From: Eledone cirrhosa
Taxonomy: Eukaryota
Reading direction: 5' to 3'
DNA length: 64,000 bases
Assembly (NCBI GenBank): GCA_964016885.1
Contig: CAXHJY010000267.1
Coordinates: forward strand, 15,676-79,675
Of this stretch, positions 27,801 to 41,313 are shown one piece after another (within the stretch, counting starts at the first letter, position 1; every line of letters begins with the position of its first letter). The notes under the pieces were generated by a model that saw only the letters and a list, made by a program, of their open reading frames with translations, had not been told where the DNA came from and searched no databases. The position numbers and the translations under genes were made by a program.

Positions 27801-28935
27801 AGACAGTTCGTCAGGAAATTTCACAGCGGCAAACAACACAGCAAGTGACCGAGCAGGACATCTGTAACGAAAATGATATAAGAAAAACTATGAAAGTCAT
27901 TTATATACGTTGTCAATAAAAAAAAAAGTTAAACTTTATTAAATTCTTCCAGTTTTGTCTTTTATTATAAATATATACACATTCAAATATATATACATGT
28001 AAGCACATCAAAGGCTGAGGCCCCAGGTTACGACGTTGAGCAAGGCGTGGTGTTGGGAGGTCGAGCGAAAACATGCCAGACAGTCCTGGTCAAACCAACC
28101 TGTCCGGGTGGCATCAAAGAAGCCAAGTTGGTTCTATGTCACGTAGGTTAAAAGTTAAGCGATATCGATCTAGTTAACACCGATTGCGATGATGATATCT
28201 AAAAATAAAAATTCATTCAAAACTTAAAGATGCTGGTTAATATTAATAACCAGAATATAGCAACCAACATCAGGGTGAACACCTTCCAGTAGTTAGTTGA
28301 TCAACCCTGACTGAAGGAGGTACTGCTAACACTCACCCTGGTCACTTCTGCCAAAGGAGGTACTGCTAAGACTCACCCTGGTCACTTCTGCCAAGGTAAA
28401 GCTGAATATCTTATGGAAAAGAAACTCCATCAGTTTTCCAACAAAGCCAAATATTTAATTATTTCACAGGTAAAGTATGTCTTACATTTACAGGTAGAAA
28501 CAAACAATATTTAATATAGAAAATCTAACAAGATGTCATGAAAAGATATTGATATTATATAAATATTTATTGAGCAGTATCTAATAAAAACAAAAGCCTA
28601 TTCAATATATACAAAGTTTAATATATACACATGTGTTCATATATAAATAAATAGAAACAAAATACTCTATTAAAGGAACAGAAATGGAAAAAAGGGGATC
28701 CGCATCCAACGAAAGGGAGAGGGGGGACATTACAGTCTGAGTCGTTCCTCGCAGACAAAAGGGGAAAGGCTGAGCTGAAATATGTAAGAAACCTGATTCG
28801 AACACAAGTCCTTCAGAAGGTTGCTACGTGTGGTACCCCAGAAGGGTCTCTATGGTGACAACTAACTGCAGCAGTGGCACTACTAGTGGGGAACCACGTC
28901 TGGTTGCATTAGTGTCACCCCAAAGACAGGCTGCT

Positions 28936-31900
28936 AATATATACAAAGTTTAATATATACAAAGTTTAATATATACAAAGTTTAATATATACAAAGTTTA
29001 ATATATACAAAGTTTAATATATACAAAGTTTAATATATGCAAAGTTTAATATATACAAACTTTAATATATACAAAGTTTAATATATACAAAGTTTAATAT
29101 ATGCAAAGTTTAATATATACAAAGTTTAATATATACAAACTTTAATATATACAAAGTTTAATATATACAAAGTTTAATATATGCAAAGTTTAATATATAC
29201 AAAGTTTAATATATGCAAAGTTTAATATATACAAAGTTTAATATATGCAAAGTTTAATATATACAAAGTTTAATATATGCAAAGTTTAATATATGCAAAG
29301 TTTAATATATACAAAGTTTAATATATACAAAGTTTAATATATACAAAGTTTAATATATGCAAAGTTTAATATATACAAAGTTTAATATATACAAACTTTA
29401 ATATATACAAAGTTTAATATATACAAAGTTTAATATATGCAAAGTTTAATATATACAAAGTTTAATATATGCAAAGTTTAATATATACAAAGTTTAATAT
29501 ATACAAAGTTTAATATATACAAAGTTTAATATATACAAAGTTTAATATATACAAACTTTAATATATACAAAGTTTAATATATACAAACTTTAATATATAC
29601 AAAGTTTAATATATACAAAGTTTAATATATACAAAGTTTAATATATACAAAGTTTAATATATACAAAGTTTAATATATACAAAGTTTAATATATACAAAC
29701 TTTAATATATACAAAGTTTAATATATACAAAGTTTAATATATGCAAAGTTTAATATATGCAAAGTTTAATATATACAAAGTTTAATATATACAAAGTTTA
29801 ATATATACAAACTTTAATATATACAAAGTTTAATATATACAAAGTTTAATATATGCAAAGTTTAATATATACAAAGTTTAATATATACAAACTTTAATAT
29901 ATACAAAGTTTAATATATACAAAGTTTAATATATACAAAGTTTAATATATGCAAAGTTTAATATATACAAAGTTTAATATATGCAAAGTTTAATATATGC
30001 AAAGTTTAATATATACAAAGTTTAATATATACAAAGTTTAATATATACAAAGTTTAATATATACAAAGTTTAATATATACAAAGTTTAATATATGCAAAG
30101 TTTAATATATACAAACTTTAATATATACAAAGTTTAATATATACAAAGTTTAATATATGCAAAGTTTAATATATACAAAGTTTAATATATACAAACTTTA
30201 ATATATACAAAGTTTAATATATACAAAGTTTAATATATGCAAAGTTTAATATATGCAAAGTTTAATATATACAAACTTTAATATATACAAACTTTAATAT
30301 ATACAAAGTTTAATATATACAAAGTTTAATATATGCAAAGTTTAATATATGCAAAGTTTAATATATACAAAGTTTAATATATACAAAGTTTAATATATAC
30401 AAAGTTTAATATATACAAAGTTTAATATATGCAAAGTTTAATATATACAAACTTTAATATATACAAAGTTTAATATATACAAAGTTTAATATATGCAAAG
30501 TTTAATATATACAAAGTTTAATATATACAAACTTTAATATATACAAAGTTTAATATATACAAAGTTTAATATATACAAAGTTTAATATATACAAACTTTA
30601 ATATATACAAACTTTAATATATACAAACTTTAATATATGCAAAGTTTAATATATGCAAACTTTAATATATACAAAGTTTAATATATACAAACTTTAATAT
30701 ATACAAAGTTTAATATATACAAAGTTTAATATATACAAAGTTTAATATATACAAAGTTTAATATATACAAAGTTTAATATATGCAAAGTTTAATATATAC
30801 AAACTTTAATATATACAAAGTTTAATATATACAAAGTTTAATATATGCAAAGTTTAATATATACAAAGTTTAATATATACAAACTTTAATATATACAAAC
30901 TTTAATATATACAAAGTTTAATATATACAAAGTTTAATATATACAAAGTTTAATATATACAAACTTTAATATATACAAACTTTAATATATACAAAGTTTA
31001 ATATATACAAAGTTTAATATATACAAAGTTTAATATATACAAACTTTAATATATACAAACTTTAATATATACAAAGTTTAATATATACAAAGTTTAATAT
31101 ATACAAAGTTTAATATATACAAACTTTAATATATACAAACTTTAATATATACAAAGTTTAATATATACAAAGTTTAATATATACAAACTTTAATATATAC
31201 AAACTTTAATATATACAAAGTTTAATATATACAAACTTTAATATATACAAAGTTTAATATATACAAAGTTTAATATATACAAACTTTAATATATACAAAC
31301 TTTAATATATACAAAGTTTAATATATACAAACTTTAATATATGCAAAGTTTAATATATGCAAACTTTAATATATACAAAGTTTAATATATACAAACTTTA
31401 ATATATACAAACTTTAATATATACAAACTTTAATATATACAAAGTTTAATATATACAAACTTTAATATATACAAACTTTAATATATACAAAGTTTAATAT
31501 ATACAAACTTTAATATATACAAAGTTTAATATATACAAAGTTTAATATATACAAAGTTTAATATATACAAAGTTTAATATATACAAAGTTTAATATATAC
31601 AAAGTTTAATATATACAAACTTTAATATATACAAAGTTTAATATATACAAAGTTTAATATATGCAAAGTTTAATATATGCAGAGTTTAATATATACAAAG
31701 TTTAATATATACAAAGTTTAATATATACAAACTTTAATATATACAAAGTTTAATATATACAAAGTTTAATATATACAAAGTTTAATATATACAAAGTTTA
31801 ATATATACAAACTTTAATATATACAAACTTTAATATATACAAAGTTTAATATATACAAAGTTTAATATATGCAAAGTTTAATATATACAAAGTTTAATAT

Positions 31901-33614
31901 ATGCAAAGTTTAATATATGCAAAGTTTAATATATACAAAGTTTAATATATACAAAGTTTAATATATACAAAGTTTAATATATACAAAGTTTAATATATAC
32001 AAAGTTTAATATATGCAAAGTTTAATATATACAAACTTTAATATATACAAAGTTTAATATATACAAAGTTTAATATATGCAAAGTTTAATATATACAAAG
32101 TTTAATATATACAAACTTTAATATATACAAAGTTTAATATATACAAAGTTTAATATATGCAAAGTTTAATATATGCAAAGTTTAATATATACAAACTTTA
32201 ATATATACAAACTTTAATATATACAAAGTTTAATATATACAAAGTTTAATATATGCAAAGTTTAATATATGCAAAGTTTAATATATACAAAGTTTAATAT
32301 ATACAAAGTTTAATATATACAAAGTTTAATATATACAAAGTTTAATATATGCAAAGTTTAATATATACAAACTTTAATATATACAAAGTTTAATATATAC
32401 AAAGTTTAATATATGCAAAGTTTAATATATACAAAGTTTAATATATACAAACTTTAATATATACAAAGTTTAATATATACAAAGTTTAATATATACAAAG
32501 TTTAATATATACAAACTTTAATATATACAAACTTTAATATATACAAACTTTAATATATGCAAAGTTTAATATATGCAAACTTTAATATATACAAAGTTTA
32601 ATATATACAAACTTTAATATATACAAAGTTTAATATATACAAAGTTTAATATATACAAAGTTTAATATATACAAAGTTTAATATATACAAAGTTTAATAT
32701 ATGCAAAGTTTAATATATACAAACTTTAATATATACAAAGTTTAATATATACAAAGTTTAATATATGCAAAGTTTAATATATACAAAGTTTAATATATAC
32801 AAACTTTAATATATACAAACTTTAATATATACAAAGTTTAATATATACAAAGTTTAATATATACAAAGTTTAATATATACAAACTTTAATATATACAAAC
32901 TTTAATATATACAAAGTTTAATATATACAAAGTTTAATATATACAAAGTTTAATATATACAAACTTTAATATATACAAACTTTAATATATACAAAGTTTA
33001 ATATATACAAAGTTTAATATATACAAAGTTTAATATATACAAACTTTAATATATACAAACTTTAATATATACAAAGTTTAATATATACAAAGTTTAATAT
33101 ATACAAACTTTAATATATACAAACTTTAATATATACAAAGTTTAATATATACAAACTTTAATATATACAAAGTTTAATATATACAAAGTTTAATATATAC
33201 AAACTTTAATATATACAAACTTTAATATATACAAAGTTTAATATATACAAACTTTAATATATGCAAAGTTTAATATATGCAAACTTTAATATATACAAAG
33301 TTTAATATATACAAACTTTAATATATACAAACTTTAATATATACAAACTTTAATATATACAAAGTTTAATATATACAAACTTTAATATATACAAACTTTA
33401 ATATATACAAAGTTTAATATATACAAAGTTTAATATATACAAAGTTTAATATATACAAACTTTAATATATACAAACTTTAATATATACAAAGTTTAATAT
33501 ATACAAACTTTAATATATACAAACTTTAATATATACAAAGTTTAATATATACAAAGTTTAATATATACAAAGTTTAATATATACAAAGTTTAATATATAC
33601 AAAGTTTAATATAT
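28936..33614. repeat. 16-bp minisatellite (~290 copies) with an internal 1920-bp duplication
   Basis: Unit AATATATACAAAGTTT with TGC and AAAC variants. Lines from 29941 are repeated at 31861. Confidence 0.97.
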
Positions 33615-33889
33615 AATGTCTTTGAAATGCTCTGCATTATCGATTACTCAAAGGTTAGTGTGTATTAATTTTATATTTCTAATATGAATGTCCATAGGTA
33701 GCTGACATAACTTTAATCATTTATCAATGTTTTAGATCTCTGGAAGGAATACTTGGCTGTAGGCTCAGGTATGATGCAATCATTTGAAAACTTTCACAAA
33801 GGTCCTCCGTCTCTGAGAGGGAGGAGTTGATTGAAATAAAAAATTGCGAGCAATCGAGTGCGAAAAAGCATTTTGGGCACTACCATGCA

Positions 33890-34400
33890 ATTAAGTTTAA
33901 GTTAATTAGAAAACAAGTCATGGTTATCAAATCAAATTTTGTTCACCTACAGTGGAGTTAACTTAAATTAAAATATAGGTGACCCTTAAAAGGGCCAGAG
34001 TAGAAAACTAATTTAAGTTAATTAGAAAACTAATTTAAGTTAATTAGACAACAAGTCATGGTTATCAAATCAAATTGTTTTCACCAACAGTGGAGTTAAC
34101 TTAAATTAAAATATAGGTGACCCCTAAAAGGGCCAGAGTAGAAAAGATATTTAAGTTAATTAGAAAACTAATTTAAGTTAATTAGAAAACAAGTCATGGT
34201 TATCAAATGAAATTTTGTTCACCTACAGTGGAGTTAACTTAAATTAAAATATAGGTGACCCCTAAAAGGGCCAGAGTAGAAAACTAATTTAAGTTAATTA
34301 GAAAACAAGTCATGGTTATCAAATCAAATTTTGTTCACCAACAGTGGAGTCAACTTAAATTAAAATATAGGTGACCCTTAAAAGGGCCAGAGTAGGTGAC
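33890..34400. repeat. Four ~115-135-bp tandem units
   Basis: AAGTCATGGTTATCAAAT...ACAGTGGAGTTAACTTAAATTAAAATATAGGTGACCC..AAAGGGCCAGAGTAG occurs 4 times. Confidence 0.9.
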
Positions 34401-34484
34401 CCTTACATCGATATGCTTTAAAATTAGAAAACAAATAAATGGTTATCAAATTCTTTTCACCAACCCTTTACATGAAATTAATTG

Positions 34485-34600
34485 TTTCTAATTTAGGCAC
34501 AAGGCCAGCAATTAACCCAGTGTATTACTGGTACTTTATTTTATTGACCCCGTAAGGATGAAAGGCAAAGTTAACCTCGGTGGGATTTGAACTCAGAATG
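34485..34600 (-). mobile_element. tRNA-derived SINE, partial
   Basis: GGCACAAGGCCAGCAATT...CCCCGTAAGGATGAAAGGCAAAG...GGGATTTGAACTC; B-box GAGTTCAAATCCC on the minus strand. Confidence 0.85.
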
Positions 34601-34768
34601 GCATATATAATGAATATATAATGTATATATAATGAAAGGACTGAGACAGGTATATAATATATACATACATACAAGTATATTTATATGTTCATAGACAATA
34701 TATATGTATATATACACACATATATGTATATATATAATGAAATGATTGAGACATAGGTATATAATATA

Positions 34769-34800
<32 letters not shown>

Positions 34801-35070
34801 AATTATTGTGTACAGTGCTCAGGTGCACTACAACTCATCAAAGGTGCATGTATAATACATAGAATAATGTACAAATGTCAGGAAAATGAACAGTGTATGA
34901 GTCATGATATAATAACAATAACAATAATGAAATATTTGTACAGTGCCCAGGTGCACCACAACTCATCAAAAAAGTGCATGTACAGTACATAGGGCAATAC
35001 ACAAACATCAGTAAAATGAAAAGTGCACGAGTCATGATACACATGTGTGCATGTGTATGGAAGGGGTACA

Positions 35071-37902
35071 TCAGGTGTAGTTTTGGCGTATTTCGGGAAG
35101 CATAAGTGTCTTAAAGGATGCAGTGTCTCGGCAGCTAACAACTGACGCAGGCAGTTTGTTCCATGCTTCAGCAACTCTGAGCGTGAAAAAATGTCTACGA
35201 AAGTCATGGGAGCTGTGCTGTTTTCTGATCTTGTAGGCATGTCCACGTGTGTTAGACACATGGAGATCAAAGAGGCGCTCAGGGTTGCAGTTGGCGAGAT
35301 GGTTAAAAACTTTGTGGGTATTCACCAAGTTCATTGCCAGACGTCAGAGCTTCAATGAATCCATGCCCAGGGAAGCAAGGCGTTCAGAGTATGGTAGGTG
35401 TCTGATGGAGGGTATGCGCTTGGTTGCACGTCTCTGAACAGTTTCCAGGAGGTCAATGTTCCGAGCAAGATAGGGGTTCCAGACTGATGATGCGAATTCC
35501 AAGTGTGGTCGCACCATAGCTGTATACAGTTTTAAATAGATGGCTGGAGAGCGGCTAACAAAGGTCTTGCTGAGTGATGCCAAGACACCCTCGGCCTTCT
35601 TGACAATCTTAGAGACATGCTTTGTCCAACGCAAATCGTTGCTGACAGTAATGCCCAGGTCACGTTCACAAGAGGACTTTTTGATATCAGTGTTGTGGAG
35701 GGAGTATGTGGACGCTGGATTTTTCCTTCCAAAATGCATGGTGGTACACTTGTCCACAGCCAGCTTCAGTTGCCAGTCTGTGATCCATTGCTGCATTGTG
35801 TCCAGGTCTGATTGTAGGAAAGAGTTGTAAATTTCAGGATCAGCCTTTTTGATTTCAAGGTACAGCTTGATGTCATCTGCATATTTTAGTACCGTGGCAT
35901 TCTGTAAGTTGGCATCTATGTCATTAATATATGCCACAAACAAAAGAGGACCAAGAACAGATCCCTGTGGTACACCAGATGATATCGCATATGGTGAAGA
36001 ATGCTGTCCTAGAACCGTGACTACTTCCTTTCGGCTGAGAATGAAGGATTTCAACCAGTCGAAAAGATCATCCCTCACACCCATTGCAGAGAGTTTTGCC
36101 ATAAGTCTTTTGTGTGGCACAGAATTAAAAGCCTTAGCAAAGTCAAGGTAAACAACATCCACCCATGAGCCGCTGTCAGTGATCCGGGTGATGTCCTCAA
36201 GGAACTCGATAAGCTGATCACAGGAGCTGGAGTTAGGGATAAATCCAAACTGTGAGGGCCGGATGAGGCTGTGAGAGCTCCAGAAGTTCCAAAGTGTTTC
36301 TCTGACACAGGATTCCATCAGTTTGGCCATACAGCTAGTAAGACTGACTGGACGATAGTTGACAGGTGACATGCGGTTGCCCTTTTTGAACAGGGGAATG
36401 ACACTGGCAGTTTTCCACTGCTCCGGAGTAGCACCATTGTTGAGACAGTATTGAAAGAAGAAAGAAAGCTGGCGCAAAAGGAAATACCCGCCACGTTTGA
36501 GAAGCAGGTATGTCACACCATCAAGACCAGGGGAGGCATAGTTGCGCTTATTCTTAAGGTGACGTCGCAACATTGCAGGTGTAAATTCCATAGTTGTTAT
36601 GGAATTTGATGTTAGAGATGGTGGAGATGGTACATTCTGGTTTTCAACAGTAAAAATACTTGCATAGCACTCAGCAATGAGTTCTGCACATTCCTTGGGA
36701 TCGTCAGTGATCTGGTTTGTGTGGGGATTGCGAAGAGGACCAACTGGAGAGTGAGGTCTCTGCTTTGAATGAACATATTTCCAGAACACCTTACTGTCAG
36801 GATTGGTTGCGATGCACTGTTCAAATTCAAGCACTGCCTTCTTTGTCACTTGCTTGAGATGGTTAGAAGATTTATTCCACTTTTTTCTGTTGGCATCTGA
36901 TTTATGCAGTTTATATTCCCGTTCAGCGTTCCGACGTTCTTTCCTGGCAAGTCGGACCGCTGAAGTTTCCCAGATTGCACTTTTGGGGTGGTTATTTTTC
37001 CGCTTCCGTGGCATTGATGCTGCACATGCTATCCATATTGAGTCCAGGATGCTCTGGAGTATAGAGTTCACATCTCCAGAGTTATACATCTCATGCCAGT
37101 TTGAGCGCTGTAGCTCAGTGCAGTACAAGTTCCAATCCGCCCTCTTCCAATCAAAGCAAGCAGATTGGAGATGGCTCTGGTTTTTGTTGCTGCCCTCAAG
37201 TGCCAGATTGGCAATGATCATAGCATGATCATAGTCGCCTAGAGGTTCCTCAGTAGTACAACTGATAACCACTTCAGGAGTAGTGGTGAAGATCAGGTCC
37301 AAAGTGTTGTCACCTCTTGTTGGAGAGGTGACTACTTGTGACCAGTTTGAGTCCAGCACTAGTTCAAGGAAATCGTTTGCACCTTGTGGCCAACGAAAGG
37401 TTTCCCAATCGATCTCAGGATGATTGAAGTCACCTGCAATAAACACATAAGTGGCTGTTTTCTTGGCAGCAACTCTGAGGATATCGCAAAGCTGTGTGTC
37501 CTGATGGTAGTTTGGGGGACGATAAACAACACCAAGCAGAAGTGTTGACATGGTCATACGTATGTCACAGAAAAAAACTTCTTCCTGTGATTCGTTCAAA
37601 TCAACGCAAGGAATTACTGAAAAGTTTGAACGAACGTAGACCATCACACCACCACCACGGCGGTTAATGCGGTCCTTGCGGAAAAGGTTGTACCCAGTAA
37701 TGCTGAAAACCCCATCACAGAGTAAGGAATGTGCCCATGTTTCCGTGACTGTGATGAAGTCAGGGTCGATGCTTCTCACGTAGGATTCGAACAGATGTAT
37801 CTTGTTGCATAAACTGCGAGCATTTAAGGACAACAATTTGTACCCTGCTCGCAGTTTATGATGGTGTGTAGAGGGTGGCAGGTTGTTCTGGTTTAGTTTC
37901 CC
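35071..37902 (-). pseudogene. LINE ORF2 (AP endonuclease + reverse transcriptase) with one in-frame TGA at 35344-35346
   Basis: APE motifs LNARSL, VTETW, GDFN, LDLI and YDH. RT motifs YRPVSL, YLDFAKAF, GVPQGSVLGPLLF and YADD. ORF 35071-35334 continues the same frame past the stop. Confidence 0.92.
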
Positions 37903-38309
37903 AGAGTTGTAGCAGTTTTTACATTGCCAGTTATTGTGGGTAGATCACACTCAGACCAGCTGGTATCTCTCTTCCACGTTTCACCAGCCTTGACAAACCT
38001 CCAGATCTGCCCATCATCACGCAGACTAAAACTTTCATCTTGTGCTGAGTTCCGATTCAAGGAAGCTGCAGCACGTAGCTTTGGACGTACATGGGGTGGT
38101 AGGCCTGGGCGTGTTCGGAAGGTAATCCGATTTTCACGCCCAGCTTTAGCAGAGGCCAGATGATATGAGGTTGCCTCTGCGGGGTCCGAAAAAGACAGCC
38201 TGATGAGTCTGGGTTTTGGACCAGGTCGACCAAGGCGGAGAGCACCCGTTGGGGGAACACAGCCTAGGTCTTTGGCTGAGCTGGCAGCAAATGCCTGAAG
38301 ATCAGCCTT
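37893..38309 (-). CDS. LINE ORF1 C-terminal portion (truncated)
   Basis: [20 protein letters not shown] resembles the CR1-type ORF1 RRM segment and ends TLGN*. The upstream part of the tracked ORF is microsatellite. Confidence 0.7.
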   Translation of the reverse strand, partial: KADLQAFAASSAKDLGCVPPTGALRLGRPGPKPRLIRLSFSDPAEATSYHLASAKAGRENRITFRTRPGLPPHVRPKLRAAASLNRNSAQDESFSLRDDGQIWRFVKAGETWKRDTSWSECDLPTITGNVKTATTLGN

Positions 38310-38352
38310 GTATATATATACATACAAGTATATACAATAGACGTGTATATAT

Positions 38353-38385
<33 letters not shown>

Positions 38386-38692
38386 GAAATGACTGAGACA
38401 TAGGTATATAATATATATATATATATACATACAAGTATATACAATAGACGTGTATATATACACATATATATATATATATATATATATAATGAAATGACTG
38501 AGACATAGGTATATAATATATATATATACATACAAGTATATACAATAGACGTGTATATATACACATATATATATATATAATGAAATGACTGAGACATAGG
38601 TATATAATATATATATATATATATACATACAAGTATATACAATAGACGTGTATATATACACACATATATATAATGAAATGACTGAGACATAA
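38310..38692. repeat. ~95-bp compound minisatellite (also at 34605-34778)
   Basis: ATACAAGTATATACAATAGACGTG(TA)n...AATGAAATGACTGAGACATAGG occurs 4 times. Confidence 0.85.
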
Positions 38693-38815
38693 AGTGAGAT
38701 ATGTTGTATTGTAAACACAACTATCGTATAAACAATTGTTGCTGTCAAAATGGAGGGAAATAAAGAGAAAATGTTTCAATAAACCTCTCCAACATTAAAT
38801 AAAACTTTACTTTAC

Positions 38816-38966
38816 CTTCTTAAAAATGGTAAAATCCGAGTTTTTTAAAGTTTTTTTATTCAGCTTAGAAAATATCGACTTCTTCCAGCGGCCATTTTGA
38901 TTTTACTAAACAGAGTAGACTCAATTACGCATGCGCAGAATTTTGGTCCGCAAAGCGCATGCGCGA
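38816..38966 (-). promoter_or_regulatory. Candidate promoter/first exon: two NRF1-like sites, a YY1-like site and a splice donor
   Basis: GCGCATGCGC at 38955-38964, ACGCATGCGCA at 38927-38937, AAAATGGCCGC (minus) at 38888-38898, and AAG|GTAAAG donor at 38816/38815. Confidence 0.45.
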
Positions 38967-39029
38967 AGTATATATTATATTATATTATATTATAAACAAT
39001 TATATTATATTATATTATATAGTAATAAT

Positions 39030-39175
39030 AATTGTTTTTACTTTTGGCACAAGGCCAGCTATTACCCAGTGCATTACTGGTACTTTATTTTATCGACCCC
39101 GTAAGGATGAAAGGCAAAGTTAACCTCGGCGGGATTTGAACTCAGATCATACAGGGAGGTAACTCTGTGCTTCAA
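39030..39175 (-). mobile_element. tRNA-derived SINE, partial
   Basis: Same family core and B-box as 34485-34600. Confidence 0.85.
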
Positions 39176-39499
39176 AGCATATATAATTATTAATAATGTA
39201 TATAAATATGTATATATATATATATAATATAATTATTAATAATATATATACATATAAATATGTATATATATATATATATAATATAACTATTAATAATATA
39301 TATACATATAAATATGTATATAATATAATTATTAATAATGTATACACATATAAATATGTATATATATATAATATAATTATTAATAGTGTATACACATATA
39401 AATATGTATATATATACATATAAATATGTATATAATATAATTATTAATAATGTATACACATATAAATATGTATATATATATAATATAATTATTTATACT

Positions 39500-39630
39500 T
39501 ATGGCACAAGGCCAGCAATATACCAGTGTATTACTGGTACTTTATTTTATCGACCCCGTAAGGATGAAAGGCAAAGTCAACCTCGGTGGGATTTGAACTC
39601 AGAATGGCAAGGGCCGTAACTCAATGCGTC
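39500..39630 (-). mobile_element. tRNA-derived SINE, partial, preceded by an AT-rich minisatellite (39190-39500)
   Basis: Family core plus B-box. Confidence 0.85.
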
Positions 39631-39703
39631 AAAAATTCTTTCTACTATTGGCACAAGGCCAGCAATTAACTAGTACATTACTGGTATTTATTTTATAGTA
39701 ATA

Positions 39704-40349
39704 ACTAGCAGTAAAGCCCGGCGTTGCTCGGGGTCGCTCAGTAGCTGTGTTAAAGTTACAATGTTAAGTTTCTTTTTTGGCTTAAAGTCTGTCTGCACGA
39801 CTATCTGTCTGCACGACTATCTGTCTGCACGCCTAACGAAATTTACAGATACATATATTTTAAATAAACTTATATAATTTTTGCTTTTTTTAACGAAATA
39901 TTTGCTTGTTTTACGTAGTCTTTAAATAGACTTGTTTTCAAGTAAAAATATTGTTTTAAAAGGCTTTTAAATGGAAATGAAGCAAAACGGAAGCTTAGTG
40001 TTCGAACTGATGAATTTTGCTGGCTCGACAACTGTTCGTGTATTGTGGTAATGTCCTTTTAAACGCTGAGAAAGCCAGCGTAATTTATTTAATTTTTGCA
40101 CGCAGAAAATGTAAACAGAACGTAAGACGCTCAATGTAAACAGAACAAAGGGAAATAACTCGTCACTTACGCTCAAAAATCGATACATTAGATTCGATTT
40201 CGTCACATAGGGTGGGTCAATTTGAAATATTTTTTTCCGATGTCTTCGCTAGGGCTCAATGTACGAGTATAGCAATTTCGGTGCAATTCCGTCAGAGATT
40301 CTAAGAGGAGATGTGTGCCAAAAATCGATAGACAGACAGACAACCACAG

Positions 40350-40353
<4 letters not shown>
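39704..40353 (-). mobile_element. Non-autonomous Helitron/Helentron-like element
   Basis: The minus strand starts (TA)n-AAAGCTGTGGTTGTCTGTCTGTC and ends with hairpin CCCGAGCAACGCCGGG followed by CTAG/T. Confidence 0.6.
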
Positions 40354-40420
<67 letters not shown>

Positions 40421-40577
40421 TAATAAATTTGAAGACTAAACTCCAAAGAGGGCTCGATAAGGAAAATATATATCAGATATATAAGAACCCTAGAGCAAGT
40501 ATTTAATAAAATAACAGATTAAAGCAAAGAATCGCTGCTTTCACCCTTAACAGGATCTTCTGAAACTAGTTATTTTA

Positions 40578-40745
40578 ATAGTATCGGTAGAGGGTCGGAC
40601 GCCATGCTTTGCAGCGAAGAGTTACGTCCCTTTATGGTCTGAGTTCCAATCCCACCGAGGTTAACTTTGCCTTTCATCCTTACGGGGTCGATAAAATAAC
40701 GTACCTGTAATACACTGGGTATTTGCTGGCCTTGTGCCATAAGTA
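40578..40745 (+). mobile_element. tRNA-derived SINE
   Basis: AGTATCGGTAGAGGGTCGGACGCCATG...GAGTTCCAATCCC...GCCTTTCATCCTTACGGGGTCGATAAA...GGCCTTGTGCC. Confidence 0.85.
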
Positions 40746-41313
40746 TAAATAATTATATTATATATATATACATATTTATATGTATATATATTATTAATAA
40801 TTATATTATATATATATACATTATTAATAATTATATTATATATATATACATATTTATATGTATATATATTATTAATAATTATATTATATATATATACATT
40901 ATTAATAATTATATTATATATATATACATATTTATATGTATATATATTATTAATGTTCGATATAACACATACGTACATATGTATGTGTGTGTGTGTATAT
41001 ATATATATGCGTGTGTACATGTGCATAATTACATTTATGTATACATAAATAAATGTATGCATACATCTGTATACATATATACACACATATGTATGTTTGT
41101 ACACTATATATATATATATGGATGAATGCACATATTTATAGAGAGATAGACAAAGCTTTTTCTTTCTTTTCCTCATCATATTGCAGTTTGAGTGGTCTTA
41201 TACACGCATAACCTCGTAGGTAGCAACCTTATAGTCAAGGCTAGATAAACTCAACAGCAGAGGACAACCTTGAGGAGATTAATGTGGAAGTTGAAGAACC
41301 CCACCGCCAGTAG

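Larger units (their letters stand above)
34778..38309 (-). mobile_element. 5'-truncated CR1/L2-group LINE with (ATT)n tail
   Basis: ORF1 C-terminal part, APE+RT ORF2, 3' UTR and (ATT)n tail. It is inserted in the GAAATGACTGAGACATAGG minisatellite, which is present on both flanks. Confidence 0.93.

Noticed and set aside
27990-28930. Unique moderately GC-rich sequence as a possible gene or viral fragment
   Set aside because: The frames examined have stops and no recognisable domain.
33616-33775. Possible plus-strand mini-exons (AAG|GTTAGT; TTTTAG|33 bp|GTATGA)
   Set aside because: The peptide is not recognisable and no other exons are visible; chance splice motifs are likely.
35532-38260. Antisense and alternative-frame ORFs over the LINE
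   Set aside because: They are shadows of the ORF1/ORF2 coding sequence.
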